Of a stretch of 64,000 bases of DNA, positions 12,090 to 23,985 are shown in pieces (position 1 is the first letter of the stretch; every line of letters starts with the position of its first letter). The notes below the pieces were generated by a model, which was not told where the DNA came from, ran no database searches, and saw only the letters and a list, made by a program, of their open reading frames with translations. A program made the position numbers and the translations under genes. This DNA comes from Blepharisma stoltei ATCC 30299 (lineage: Eukaryota > Protista > Ciliophora). The stretch is from the NCBI GenBank assembly GCA_965603825.1, contig CBFDEM010000047.1, forward strand, positions 372,001 to 436,000. The letters are read 5' to 3'.

Positions 12090-13634
12090 TTAAACCCTAT
12101 GAGTAACCACACTCTTGTAGTCGCTTGGCTTTATAGGCTCGAACCAGAATGAGAAGTTATTTGGCTTTCTTTTAGTCTCCAAGCCCATATCTCTGACAAA
12201 TTGGTCTATTGTAGGATATGAGAATCAGCTGAAACTTATCGTGTCTTCACCATTTATAACTGTTCTTGTGTAGTCTCTTCTCTGTTTGATATCATCGATC
12301 ATCTTAGGGTATCCTGGCAAGTTGACTCTTCCTCTAAGGACTTCAGCTAGCCAGACTGTCTGCATATTTGTATAGAGAGGGTTGCAGTAGGTATTTGTGA
12401 TCCCAACAACTGCAAAATTTTTCTTATCTGGGATAAGGGTGTTTCTATACATCCAGAGACCGTCATTTTCTGCTGGCAGGCCAAAGTAGTTTCTATCGTA
12501 GCCTGTTGCACAAACAACTAGGTCAGCTTCAATTAGTTTTCCACCTACAATAACTCCATTCTCAGCAAGACCTTCTACTGCACCTCTAACGACTTTAAGG
12601 TTTCCTTTCTTGATTTCATTAAAAATATCTCGTTCTCTGCTACCTCCTCTGAAAAATTTTTCATTCTTATAAGCAGTAGTAGGGACTAATTCACTTGGCA
12701 AGTCTTCATTAAGTGCATTTTCAAGCACTTTCCAGTAAGCGTCACCAAGCCACTTAAAGTACTTATTAATAAATGATTTTTCGCAATAAAATGGGTATTG
12801 GAATAAAAATCCAAATCTGCTCGAAGACAAGTATCCAAATGGGATTCCATGGAACTTTTGGTCTATTGGAGTAAAATGGTGAGCTTTTCTCATGACTATT
12901 GTAGGCTGCGCTCCATACTTATAAGCCTGTCCTAGGACGTCAAAAGCACTTTTTCCGCTCCCAATAATCACTACTTTCTTTCCTTGGCACCATTCTTTTG
13001 CATTTATAAATTCTGCATTGTGTATCACCCTCCCTTTAAAATTTTCTTTTCCAGGCAAATTGGGCATATGAGGCTTATTATAAGGCCCAGTGCACAGAAC
13101 AAGAAAATCATAGTCCTTTTTTTCTCCTTTTTTTGTCTTCACTGACCAAGATTCATCAGGCTTTTGAGAAATCTCAACAACTTCTGTGTTGAATTTAAAA
13201 AGCGGCCACAGGTTGAAGGTAGTCATATAGTCTTCTACAAACTTTTTCACTTTTTCGAGCCTTGGTAGCTCTTCTGTGCCTTCTGGAAACTCAAAATCTG
13301 GGAGATTGTAATGGGGATATGGGAGTTGAAGACCGCACCCATCGTAGTTTTTCCATCACAACCCTCCAGCGCCTGAGTTTTGCTCGAGGACTTCTACTTC
13401 GTAGCCTTGCTGGGTAAGAGTTTTAGCTACAATAGCTCCAGCGATACCTCCGCCGACCACTCCGATTTTTTTCGGAATTTTGGTTAAGAAGTGTTTATTT
13501 GGGTGATCATGGTATGAAGCTTTAGGAAGAAGCTGATAAGGAGGACCTGCGGGCTCTTCATGAGATATGGGATATGCTAAGTAGGCTGCTGTTGCTCCTG
13601 CGCAGAGAGGAATTGAGAATAGCAGTTTCTTCAT
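12090..13634 (-). CDS. Flavin-containing monooxygenase (class B FMO, 514 aa)
   Basis: GGGIAG FAD motif, GGL(W=TGA 13358)W, FMO fingerprint FKGRVIHNAEF, GSGKSA NADPH motif, CATGY; second TGA 12227; TAA 12092-12090. Confidence 0.92.
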
Positions 13635-14122
13635 TATTATTGGATCCGATAGGATTTACCATATATCCATGTATATCTGACGTGTCAACGGTTGGATGAA
13701 ATAAATTATGCGCGAATTTTAATTTGGAATCAGATATACCATTAAAAAGGATTTAAATTTTTGACTGTTTAGCAAGTTCAGTTTGCTAAAAAATGCATAA
13801 CAAATGTCCAGATTTTTTTTCAGGGAAATTTTTTCCTTTTTAAATCTCATTTTCCAACAATTCTGAATATTTTGATGTTTTTTACATTTTTGAAGTGCAT
13901 TCCGGCATCAATATAGCATTTGCTTACTTATTATGCAAAAACACCAATTAAAAATATCGTTAAAAATTGGCCTTTAAAAATTCATAATATTAAAATTGAT
14001 ATCTCTTTTATTAGGATGTAATCAAATCAATGACTCATTGGATTTTATTAAGCTGATTCAATCACCCAAAATGCATAAAATTTAATTTCATCGCATTTTA
14101 ACTAGGCAGCACTATAAAAAAT

Positions 14123-14764
14123 ATGAGCAAAGAAGAAAAAGGCTCCGAAGAGATGGATACTGGGAATAATGAAAAAGAAAGCGACAGATATGAGTATTAC
14201 GTACTTGTAGAGCACGACCACCAAGGCTCAGAAGAAAAAGAAGATGAAAAAGACGAAAAGCCCCAGAAGAAGCAAAAGCGAGAAGACTCAGATTTCCTCA
14301 ATATTAAAAAAGGAGATGTAATCAAGGTAATATTTAAAGACGAGTCCGGATGGACCTGGGGCCAAAAATACAACACAAAACTTAAACAGGTAGAAGGTAA
14401 AGCAGGCTGGTTCCCGACTTCGTTCGCCAAAAACTACTTCACAGCAATCAAGGCTGAGCGTAATTCAGAACTCAACAGATTAGCCCAGTACCCAGCAGAC
14501 TTTTTATCGTATTGTTATACTTCAGGAACAACCCCTGCAGAAGCAGCTGTAAAAGCAGCTGGCCAGCAGGAAACCCACTTTAGAGGGCTGCCCCTGCTTG
14601 AAGATGTCAAGGACGACCCAGATCCTCCTCAGAAGGCAGTTAAATTGATGAACCAGTATTTTAACTACGAAGAGTGGAATGACCATATGAATAAAATTGA
14701 TCCTTCCAGAAGAAGAGCAAGGCCGAACCCAAAGCTGAAGAAGCAAAAGAAAATTAATTGGTAA
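14123..14764 (+). CDS. SH3-domain protein (213 aa)
   Basis: LNIKKGDVIKVIFKDESGWTWG...GWFPTSFA matches the SH3 consensus; basic C-terminal tail. Confidence 0.8.
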   Translation: MSKEEKGSEEMDTGNNEKESDRYEYYVLVEHDHQGSEEKEDEKDEKPQKKQKREDSDFLNIKKGDVIKVIFKDESGWTWGQKYNTKLKQVEGKAGWFPTSFAKNYFTAIKAERNSELNRLAQYPADFLSYCYTSGTTPAEAAVKAAGQQETHFRGLPLLEDVKDDPDPPQKAVKLMNQYFNYEEWNDHMNKIDPSRRRARPNPKLKKQKKINW

Positions 14765-15074
14765 ATTTCTGAAGGATATAGATTGATAAGATATATCTCC
14801 AATAGCATTTTTAATAAATAGAAATATTTAATCAATCATAGTCTAGGCAAATATCTATTATGCATGAGCTATCGGAGATAAATTCGTTATAAAATGATTA
14901 AGTTCTGTTCAAATTTCTTTTAATCATGCATTTTAAATCTAATCAGTTATTTTTTAAATACAAGTTTTAACAGAGCTTTAAAATCCATAAAATGCATTTA
15001 AGTACGATAAAGGATCTTGCTTATTGCAAAGTATAGAAAAGTGATAAAAATGTAATCAAATTTTCTTTCAGAAT

Positions 15075-16406
15075 ATGGACATAGTTGCAAGCCTTTTCAA
15101 AAACATCAGATGCTCCAACTGCAACGAGCAACTCAAACTAGTAGCGAAACGCCGAAAATGCAAAATCTGCAGTATCTTTTATATAGAATTCATATTCTGT
15201 GCGAAATGTAGTATAAAAGAAGTCCCTGCCCATTTAGGATTCATGTATGCTCGTCGCTATTGCTACCGCTGCTATATCAATATAAAACTTATGAAAGAGC
15301 CAGACTCCCACAATTCCATCCACGAGGAAGAAGAAAATAACTCCTACGAAATTTTAGGTGACAAGCCTGAAGATGGAGTCAAAGTCATTGCAGAAGCTGC
15401 AGGGTTTCCTACTGAAGAGATTGAAAATAATCGTCAAAGCATAATTGAAGCTATGGACGCGCTTGTAAAAGGTGTGAAGCCGCTCCCTTCTCGTCGTAGT
15501 GTACCATTAAAATAGGTTGATCGGGTCTTAAACCAGAGAGTTCAGCTTATAGAAGACGACCCCAATAACCATTACAAGACAATTAGAAAAATTGGTGAAG
15601 GAGGATCAGGCAGCATTTTCTTAGTCGAGCACTTAGAAACCCATGGAAATTTCGCGATGAAAAGAATTCGCATAAAAAATCCAAAGCAAAAAAACCAAAT
15701 TCTCAATGAAATTAACTGCACCATTTTGAGCCAGAATCCTAACGTAGTGACTTATTACGAGTCTTATTTATTTGACGAATTCATATGGATCATTGTTGAA
15801 GTTATGAAAACAAGCTTAACTGAGCTAGTTATGGACAGATGGGGAATGATCCCAGAACACCTCATGGCATATATTTTAAAGGAAGCTCTAACCGGTTTAG
15901 TTAATTTGCACCATGAACATAGAATTCATCGGGACATAAAAAGTGACAACATTCTAATTTCTTGGGACGGAAAAATAAAGCTTAGTGATTTTGGATACGC
16001 AGCACAGCTTACAACTGAAGAAGATAAAAGAACGACTGTAGTGGGAACTCCTTGCTGGATGGCTCCAGAACTGATTATAGGGAGCAAGTACGATACAAAG
16101 GTCGATATTTGGTCACTTGGAATTGTTGCATTGGAGGTTGCAGAACGAGACCCACCATTTTTGAAAGAAAATCCACTGAGAGCGCTTTACATGATTTCTA
16201 ATGCTCCTTCACCTGCTTTAAAAAAACCTGAAGAATGAAGTGATGAGTATGTGGATTTCGTAAGTTTGTGCCTTATTAAAGACCCAGATCGTAGACCGAG
16301 TTCAGATGAGCTGATGACCCATCCTTTCATCCAAAGTGCCCCTAACGATGCAGGATCTCTCTTTTGCGAGTATTTCCAAGAATGGGCAATGAAAAGGAAA
16401 AAATAG
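15075..16406 (+). CDS. STE20/PAK-like Ser/Thr kinase with N-terminal FYVE-like zinc finger (438 aa, one intron)
   Basis: GEGGSG, AMK, HRDIKSDN, DFG, GTPCWMAPE; 15-nt intron 15501-15515 removes an in-frame TAG; TGA 16236 = Trp in PEEWS; TAG 16404-16406. Confidence 0.9.
15501..15515 (+). other. 15-nt spliceosomal intron GTACCATTAAAATAG
   Basis: Removal joins the zinc-finger ORF in frame to the kinase G-loop. Confidence 0.85.
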
Positions 16407-16566
16407 TTTGTAATTCTTTTTAATATCCTATTTACCTCAAAATTAGTGTGGAGTAATTTTTGATTCCCGACACCATCTAACTGCCTAATTCTCCGCTATT
16501 CTCATGCTTTCTCCTTGACAAAATCAAATTCTGGAATCTATAAATTAGATAAAGCCTAATAAAAAT

Positions 16567-19500
16567 ATGAGTGAAGAAGGAATTTGCTGTCCAGTGTGCA
16601 TGGAAAGATTCAATGAGAGCCGCCACTCTCCTCTCCTTTTAGGATGCGGCCACACCTTTTGTCGGGACTGTCTCTGCTCACTCCACAAAACCAAACAACA
16701 GCTCAAATGTCCTCACTGCAACAAAGTTGATCACCGAGCACCAGATCTGCTGCCTAAGAACTACATCTTATCTGAAGTCGTCTTAAAATCGCTGTACAAT
16801 ACAACCACTGAGTCAGACCCGTGGTCTTGCAAGTTGCACCCTGGGGAAAATATTGCTTTTATGTCTCAAAGTACCCGACAACTCTTCTGTTCTGAATGTT
16901 TGAATGGGAAAAACGTCAGAGACCTGATCATGCTGGAGTCTCAAAGCATGGCATCTCAGCTAAAGGTTTTCAAAGATCTCTATGAAGGCTGCTCTGTGCA
17001 TGACTTACATTTAAGGGCTGAAGTCTGTGGGCAGTTAAGTGAAGCTTTAGAAGGGCAAAAACTGCGAGTGATTACAACTATTGATTCCGCCTACATGAGT
17101 GCTGTGCAAGCTTTAGAAAACCAGTTTACAGCGTATAAACAGAGGATTGCCACAGCTTTCAATAAAGAAAGAGATAAGCTGACAGATACCAAAGATTTAC
17201 TGAATTTGTTGAAAGAAATGAAATCTGGAGGAGTCCCAATGAATAAAATCACCCAGAGCATGCCAGTGCCGAAACAGCTACAAATAATTGGGGCGTTGAT
17301 GTCTATAAGTGAAATTGGGATTTCAGCTGACCTGAAAAAGCTTGCTTACACGCCTTTTGAGTTTCAAAACAAGATTGAATTGCCATCTAAAGCGTTTGAT
17401 GTAGCAGTTGCGATTATCGAAACCCCAGTCCACTTGCTTAAAGGAATTGGCGCTTCTATGGATACAGCTGAAAAAAAATTAAGCAGATTTGGCCCTCCTA
17501 CCAATAGATGGGGAATTTTTGAGGGCAGAAATCAAATAGAAGCAGTTACCTTTACAGTGAATAAAAAGATGTTCATCACTGGGGTGGGGATTGGGAATGC
17601 TTATCATGTAGGAAAAACTGTGAAAATTGAAAACTTAAAAGTGATTAATGGCTCAACTACGAATTCTCCTGCAATTTATGAGGATACTAATATTGACTTG
17701 TTTTACGAAGCCAATTCTTCAAAAGTGGTCAAAATTTCGTTTAAAAAAGCTGTGGAGTTGGAATGTGATCATGACTATACTATAAAAGCAGTGCTCAAAG
17801 GAGACGCAGGCGTTTTTAGAGGTGGAACTACAACAAGGACCAAAAATGGGGAAAACGGGATTATTTTTAAGTTTAAAAATACTACTTATGATGCTGATGA
17901 TGTAAAGAATGGAGAAAATGCTGACGATGGGCCGATTTTTGATATTTACTATAAATTAAGCATCGACCAGTCTAGCTCTGATATGAAATTTTCTAGATTC
18001 GAAAGTGCACAAGGGCAATGGGGATTCTTTTCAGAGCATCAAGTAGAAGCTTTTACATTTAGCTTCGACAAACCAGTAATGCTTTCAGGCTTTGGCGTTG
18101 CAAACCCTGTACAAGAAGGCAGCACCTGCACTATCAACTCATTAAAAATCCTTAAAGGAAACTCAACTCAAGGTCAGCTGGTCTTCGAAAATCCTGAAAA
18201 AATGACTTTGACAAATAACGGTGCTGATCCTATCACCAAGATCCAGCTTTCAAGCTTAGTTAAACTCCAAGCAGGAGAAAAGTATACAGTCCGAATCGAA
18301 ATTAAAGGAAGTGACTGGGTTTTTCGTGGCCAAATTTTTAAAGGAAACGTAATTACAGTCAATAAAATCACTCTAACTACAGAAAAGGCTGAGTATGCAG
18401 GAGGGGACACCAAAGATGGGGATAATGAAAGAGACGGACCATTAATTGACATTTATATAGCCTCAACAGATGCGGTTTCTGCCTTCGGCATGGGAGAAGT
18501 CCCTGATAGACTTGTAGAGCTTGCTGGAGGGGAAACACAAATTTGCAGATTTGAAGAGACTGATAAACAGTGGCACCTCAACAGCGAAAATCAGGTAGAG
18601 ACATTCAGTTTTTCTTTCAGTGAAGACGTTCTTCTTACAGCTTTAGGCCTAGGAAACTGTGTTAAGGTAGGAAATTTCATCACTGTAGAAAACGTCCAGA
18701 TCCTCTCAGGATCTTGCTCTATAGGCCCTATAATCTATAATTCAACACAACAGGTCTGCTTGTATAATCATACAGATACAAACCCAGTCGTAAAGGTGAA
18801 GCTTGAATCTCCATTAAAAATAACTGGAAACATTCCATATACCTTAAGAGTTATAATGAGAGGTGAAGGCAAAGCTTATAAAGGGAAAAAATTCCGAGGA
18901 GCTGCTATCACGATGCCAGATGGAATAATATTTAAGTCAATGAAAAGTCGACTTGGAGGAACTGATAAGCGAAATGGCGACAATGAATCAGCTGGGCCTC
19001 TATTTGATGTTTACTATATTCCGCTGGAAAAACCATATTCTCTTGACCAATACAATGAGCTACTCAACTTGTTATTCCCCAAGTTTACGGAAAAAAAGAG
19101 TCCTGAAGTGCTGCCTGGAGAAGAGAGCAAAGTCTGCAGGTACGCGACGACAGGATCTAGTTGGCATATAAATACAGACGGTAAGCAGGTCGAAGCGATC
19201 TCCTTTAAAGTCTCCAAAAACATACGGTTAACTGCATTAGGACTAGGAAACGCCCACGAAGAAAGCAAAAAGGTGACCATCAGGAAAATTCAAATTAGAG
19301 AAGGCAAAAGTACCCGCGGAAACAAGGTTTATAATCACAGCACAAAGGAAAAACTCATCAATATCGGCGAGGAAAGCAAGTTTGTAAGGGTGGGGCTTGA
19401 AAATCCTGTAATTTTGGAGCCAGAAACATGGTACACCCTAAGAATCAAGTATAAGCAAGGAGCTCCAGTGTGCAGAGGGACAACCGTGAATAACCATCCA

Positions 19501-19614
19501 TCAGCGAATGGGGTGCAGTTTGACTTTGAAAAAGCCAAATTTGATGGAGGAGACATGGAAAATGGAAGCCATGAAGTGCATGGTCCTTTGAGGGATTTTT
19601 ATTTCCATCTATAA
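16567..19614 (+). CDS. RING + B-box + coiled-coil (TRIM-like) putative E3 ligase with four PHR-like domains (1015 aa)
   Basis: C3HC4 RING (CPVC...CGHTFCRDC...CPHC); degenerate B-box (CKLH...LFCSEC); four ~160-aa repeats RF..W...QVEAxxF...GxG...GPxxDxY. Confidence 0.85.
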   Translation: MSEEGICCPVCMERFNESRHSPLLLGCGHTFCRDCLCSLHKTKQQLKCPHCNKVDHRAPDLLPKNYILSEVVLKSLYNTTTESDPWSCKLHPGENIAFMSQSTRQLFCSECLNGKNVRDLIMLESQSMASQLKVFKDLYEGCSVHDLHLRAEVCGQLSEALEGQKLRVITTIDSAYMSAVQALENQFTAYKQRIATAFNKERDKLTDTKDLLNLLKEMKSGGVPMNKITQSMPVPKQLQIIGALMSISEIGISADLKKLAYTPFEFQNKIELPSKAFDVAVAIIETPVHLLKGIGASMDTAEKKLSRFGPPTNRWGIFEGRNQIEAVTFTVNKKMFITGVGIGNAYHVGKTVKIENLKVINGSTTNSPAIYEDTNIDLFYEANSSKVVKISFKKAVELECDHDYTIKAVLKGDAGVFRGGTTTRTKNGENGIIFKFKNTTYDADDVKNGENADDGPIFDIYYKLSIDQSSSDMKFSRFESAQGQWGFFSEHQVEAFTFSFDKPVMLSGFGVANPVQEGSTCTINSLKILKGNSTQGQLVFENPEKMTLTNNGADPITKIQLSSLVKLQAGEKYTVRIEIKGSDWVFRGQIFKGNVITVNKITLTTEKAEYAGGDTKDGDNERDGPLIDIYIASTDAVSAFGMGEVPDRLVELAGGETQICRFEETDKQWHLNSENQVETFSFSFSEDVLLTALGLGNCVKVGNFITVENVQILSGSCSIGPIIYNSTQQVCLYNHTDTNPVVKVKLESPLKITGNIPYTLRVIMRGEGKAYKGKKFRGAAITMPDGIIFKSMKSRLGGTDKRNGDNESAGPLFDVYYIPLEKPYSLDQYNELLNLLFPKFTEKKSPEVLPGEESKVCRYATTGSSWHINTDGKQVEAISFKVSKNIRLTALGLGNAHEESKKVTIRKIQIREGKSTRGNKVYNHSTKEKLINIGEESKFVRVGLENPVILEPETWYTLRIKYKQGAPVCRGTTVNNHPSANGVQFDFEKAKFDGGDMENGSHEVHGPLRDFYFHL

Positions 19615-19732
19615 GGTAAAATTAGTTTAAACTGAATAATAAATAAGGATTTATTAGAAAATGACGCCATTTTGTGCTTCATGTGAAACCACATTACTGG
19701 GTAATTTAAAAACTAACGCCTTATAAAGATTT

Positions 19733-21655
19733 ATGTCCTCTTCATTTACAGTCAGTCCACAACCAGAAAGCCGCTTTCGTCCTCGCAGTTTGACTCCGAT
19801 GGTGAACTTTTCTCGTAAAACTCCAGACCCTGGGCAATCTGTGATAGCAGATTTTTACCAAAATGCATACATTGTTCCAAAATCTAAACTTATCGCTTTA
19901 TCTCCTCAAACTGCCCCTGTCACTTCCCAAGACTCTGACACAACCTCTAAATCAGCTTTAATACACCGTGTGTCAGATCTTGAAAGGCAGCATCGTCAAG
20001 ACAAAGCAAGGATTGAAAACTTGGAAAAACAAGTAATTGAACTGACTATGAAATACGAAGAAATGAAAGCTGCCAATAAAATGCTTTTAGAGCAAAAAAG
20101 CTGCAACGGCGGGGAAGTCCACGCTCTGTATCAGGACCTTTTCCTGACTGATTTAAAGCAACAAATGAATGAAAAAACACAAGAAGCGGCAAAAATCAGG
20201 TCAAAACAAGTCCAAACTATGAAAGAGCTAGAAAGTTTGAAGCGGGACAATTTTCAGTATCAAGCCACCTTGAAAAGGTATAGAACATTGCTAGCAGATG
20301 CTCTAAAAAAGCCTCCTATGGACTTTGCAGACTCATCATCATTTCTTAGTGCAATAGAGAGTGATGCAAGCAGTCGCAAGCAAGGATCAAGCTCAAATAG
20401 AAGATTCCAGCATCTTCTAGCTCAAGACAGTCGGGCAAGCTCTCCAGTCGGTTTAAAGCTAAGCCTAGTTTCTCTATCAAAACTAGAAAAACTCGTACAT
20501 GTCTTGAGTGCGCTGAATAAAGCTCAGACAGTGCTTGATATCTGCAAAATCATATCTAGGGGCTCAAAGTCTTTAACAAAATCACAGAAACTGACCCTTT
20601 TCCTTATAGGGAGCAAAATAAAAGACGACTATATAAAATGCTTTGAAAAAACGCCTGACTTTATAGGCCGAGTTCGGGTAGGAAATGAATGGATAATGCT
20701 ACATACTCACGATAATGCAGACCAAGAAGAACCAATTTTCCGCAAACTTGATGATTTAAAGTTTTCATCAAGAGAGCATGATTCTCTTGTGGTGCCTATT
20801 CTTATAGAAGACCAGCTTTCTTTTGCAGTTCAATGCCAAGACAAAGTTGCCAAAGATAAAAAAAAATCCTTTACTGCTGCTGATGAAGTCATAATAAAAA
20901 TAATAGGAATTTCAGTTGCTTCAAGAATAAACACTATATGGGCTATGAGAGACCTGCACATAGAATTCCAAAAAGCTACACAAATAGCAAATATTGCTTC
21001 AGAAATCGTTTTGGCGAAGAACCATAAAGATATAGCAAATAGACTAAGAAAAGTGCTCGCTGGGTACTGTAATTTTGAAGTGGCTGGGATAGTATTTTTA
21101 GATTCTACAACAAAGGAGTTTTTTGTAATGGTGCACGACCCAAATGCTGAAGAATTTTATAGTGAGGGAGTTTTAAGGTTTCCGATGACAATGGGGATTA
21201 CTAGTGAAGCATTGAAAAAAGGGGGTGTGATGCCAGTTCCAAATCCAAGACTTTTGGCTTGCTATAATCCTCAAATTGATAACGTAGCTGGAGCTAGAGA
21301 GGTCAGAAATATTCTGTTTGGGGCAGTTAAAGACTATAGGGGAAACTCAGCAGCTGTAGTTCAGTTGATAAACAAAAAAGACAATGAAATATCTGAAAAG
21401 GACTGCAAAACACTGGAATCGCTGCTAGGAATGCTTGGAGGCTGCGTTTCTGCAGCTAATATTACTATCGAGCAGTTTTCCTTAACAATTGAAGCTAAAA
21501 GAGGCATAGAAAAAGTTGTGGAAAGTCTTGCAATGTCGGATTTAGGGTTGGTGGGGACAGATACAGAGATATCATCTATGTTCAACCAAATGATGATGCT
21601 TAGACATCAGCTCTCTGAGTGGTCAAAGTCAAGAAAAATGAATGTAATACAATAA
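19733..21655 (+). CDS. Coiled-coil protein with two GAF-like domains (640 aa)
   Basis: LRFPMTMGI, YNPQIDN, VVQLINKKD..SEKD and QCQDK...FTAADE resemble GAF NKFDE motifs; no PDE catalytic motif follows. Confidence 0.75.
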   Translation: MSSSFTVSPQPESRFRPRSLTPMVNFSRKTPDPGQSVIADFYQNAYIVPKSKLIALSPQTAPVTSQDSDTTSKSALIHRVSDLERQHRQDKARIENLEKQVIELTMKYEEMKAANKMLLEQKSCNGGEVHALYQDLFLTDLKQQMNEKTQEAAKIRSKQVQTMKELESLKRDNFQYQATLKRYRTLLADALKKPPMDFADSSSFLSAIESDASSRKQGSSSNRRFQHLLAQDSRASSPVGLKLSLVSLSKLEKLVHVLSALNKAQTVLDICKIISRGSKSLTKSQKLTLFLIGSKIKDDYIKCFEKTPDFIGRVRVGNEWIMLHTHDNADQEEPIFRKLDDLKFSSREHDSLVVPILIEDQLSFAVQCQDKVAKDKKKSFTAADEVIIKIIGISVASRINTIWAMRDLHIEFQKATQIANIASEIVLAKNHKDIANRLRKVLAGYCNFEVAGIVFLDSTTKEFFVMVHDPNAEEFYSEGVLRFPMTMGITSEALKKGGVMPVPNPRLLACYNPQIDNVAGAREVRNILFGAVKDYRGNSAAVVQLINKKDNEISEKDCKTLESLLGMLGGCVSAANITIEQFSLTIEAKRGIEKVVESLAMSDLGLVGTDTEISSMFNQMMMLRHQLSEWSKSRKMNVIQ

Positions 21656-21716
21656 AATTTATTTGTAAATTATTATTATTATTTATAACTTCTTCCTTCA
21701 ATGCCCATAAAATACA

Positions 21717-22598
21717 TTATCTTAATCTTTTAGGTGTCACAATAGAATCACCTACATGTGAAAAAGGACTCTTCCGAGATCTCTCCAAACTTTTGTTATT
21801 TCTTAGCCTATTTGGCGGCTTTACATCAAATGTTGACCTTGTTGAAGAGCTGGGTGTCCTCCCTCCAGTGCTTATAGAATAAATCCACAGTTTCTTATGA
21901 TCCTCATACAGCGGACTTTTTTTTCAGTACTCTTCATCTTCAGCTGCATAAGGGTTTTCTTCCTCTTCAAGCTTTGGACTCCTCCTAAGTTTAACAGCTC
22001 CTTTAAACGACTCTCTGAATATTTTTTACAATTTGTCCATGATTTCTTTCAAAACTTTGTCTTTTTCAGCAAGGCACTCTTTGAGTGCTTTTATGTCTTC
22101 TTGGTTTTGTTTGGCGAGTTTTTCCATTTCCTCAATCTTTTCTTGTTGAATTGTTATTTTAGGTTCTGGAGTCGCACTCTGTTTTGGAGTTGGAGTTAAA
22201 CTTCGACTTTGAGTAGAATTGAGCCTTCGCTTTAGGTTTCTGATGAGTGGCTTTCCTATTGATGCTGGCTTTAGCGACAGAACAGTTTCGCTATTTTTCA
22301 ATATGATAATTCATGGAGATTCATTAGCTCCTTGCCGTTTCCACTCTGTCAAGTTTGACCCTCCTCAGTAAATTTTCATCATTCTCGGCTCTTTTTTGCT
22401 AAATGCTGATGCTTTAGAAATTTCATCGCCAACATAGATACCTATAGGATTAAATGAGTTGTCAGCAAGATCTTTGTTAGTTTCTCTCATCATAAGGACA
22501 TCTTTCATGCTGAACAGGATGAGAAGCGAAGGCTTATCTTTAGGAAGCTCAAGATTAATAGATTCCCTAGTTTGTAAATCAAAGAGTGGTAAATTCAT
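21717..22598 (-). CDS. Hypothetical protein (288 aa, one intron)
   Basis: ORFs 22365-22598 and 22026-22301 join via TGA=Trp; intron 22015-22029 extends the frame to TAA 21719-21717. Confidence 0.7.
22015..22029 (-). other. 15-nt intron GTAAAAAATATTCAG
   Basis: Removes an in-frame TAA and opens about 100 further codons. Confidence 0.75.
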
Positions 22599-22662
22599 TA
22601 TTATAAATCAGTTATCTAAATATATATTGATACATTTTGTATCAGCCGACTTATACATGCAT

Positions 22663-23739
22663 CTATAGCTGCTTTTTAACACTTTTTGTGCGTCGGCCTT
22701 GGTTATCATCGAGAAATGCTTTGGAAATAGAGTTGGGGCTGATAACTCCTTTTTTAGGATAAGGAGGCAGCCGAAATGAAGGCTTAGTGGTGGAAAGTGA
22801 CGATTCTTGTCTGTTGTAAGAAATTGAAGCACTGATATTGTCAGTACTTGGAATTCTCATCGGAGGATTTGGAGAGTTGTTTCAGGAGCGAATACTTGGG
22901 GTTTTGAATTTATTTTCGTCAGGGCTTTTGCAGCCCGGAGAAAGCTTGTCTTCTTCATAGTTTGATAATTTCGAGTGATGTCTTTTTAGAATTAAGCTGA
23001 GCAGATCATGAGACTTGTGTTCTTGATAAGAGTAATTTTGCCATAAAGGGCCTACTTCGCTGCTGTCTTGAATATGTGACGAATCTTCTCCATATGAAGC
23101 ATCATGCACTTTTGGCCTCTCTTCGCTGCTTGCCCATTTTTTCGGCCTAGACTCAGCTTTATCGTATGAAATTCTATTAAGTCTCAGCCTTTGCTCAGTC
23201 AATTTTGGTCTATTATTCTTTTTTATCTCTTCTTTTCTATTTGTTTCTTTAGATTCTGACGCATTAAAAGTTTTCTTTACCTTTTTGGCATAAAATTCAT
23301 TATGTTTAACACCATTCTCATTACCCAAATCTTCTTGCCATTGCCAAGTTTTATTTAATGAAACTTCTTGTATATGACTATACGTTGACGCTTCTTCTTG
23401 CTCTATATGATGGCCTTTCAATTTATTCGAAACAATTGAGATTGAAGCAGACGAAGCATGCTCATCTTCATCCATATAATGTCACCCTGAATATAAAGGA
23501 TGTGGCTTTTCTGGGTTTTCCACTCTGGGAGATTCTTTTTTTGGGAGATCAATTTTCATTTCAGGAATCATCAAAAAGTCGACTTCTGAGTCTTCTTGGT
23601 CTTTTCCAAAGATATTTTCTATTGTATTTCCTCAGTCATTATTTCAAGCATTCATGTCTCGATTTGGGGTGATTTTTAATGTGGTTTGTCTGCTGTATTT
23701 CCTATATAAATATTACTTTAGATGACAACAATTGCCCAT
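22663..23739 (-). CDS. Hypothetical disordered protein with N-terminal MGNCC acylation motif (353 aa, one intron)
   Basis: ATG at 23739; intron 23702-23716; four TGA read as Trp; TAG 22665-22663. Confidence 0.72.
23702..23716 (-). other. 15-nt intron GTAATATTTATATAG
   Basis: Removes an in-frame TAA just after the MGNCCHLK start. Confidence 0.78.
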
Positions 23740-23985
23740 TTAGTAAAATATCATTAATAATTATTTTAATTAAAAAATTGATAAATATTTTTGCGGAATA
23801 AGGAAGTCTTAAGAATTGATATTATAGGCAATACAATAAAATTTAAAAAATTGGCTGACCATATTTACTGTAGTTTTTAAAAGCACTATTTTATTAAGTT
23901 GAGAAAAGATGAGATTCTGGTGAGATATAATAATTCATTAGCATTTAGCTTATTTAAAAAATAGAGAAAAATTACCATAACAATT

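Noticed and set aside
22616-22633. GT..AG segment on the minus strand that might fuse the 22663 and 22598 genes
   Set aside because: It is 18 nt, outside the 15-16 nt class seen here, and yields no continuous frame
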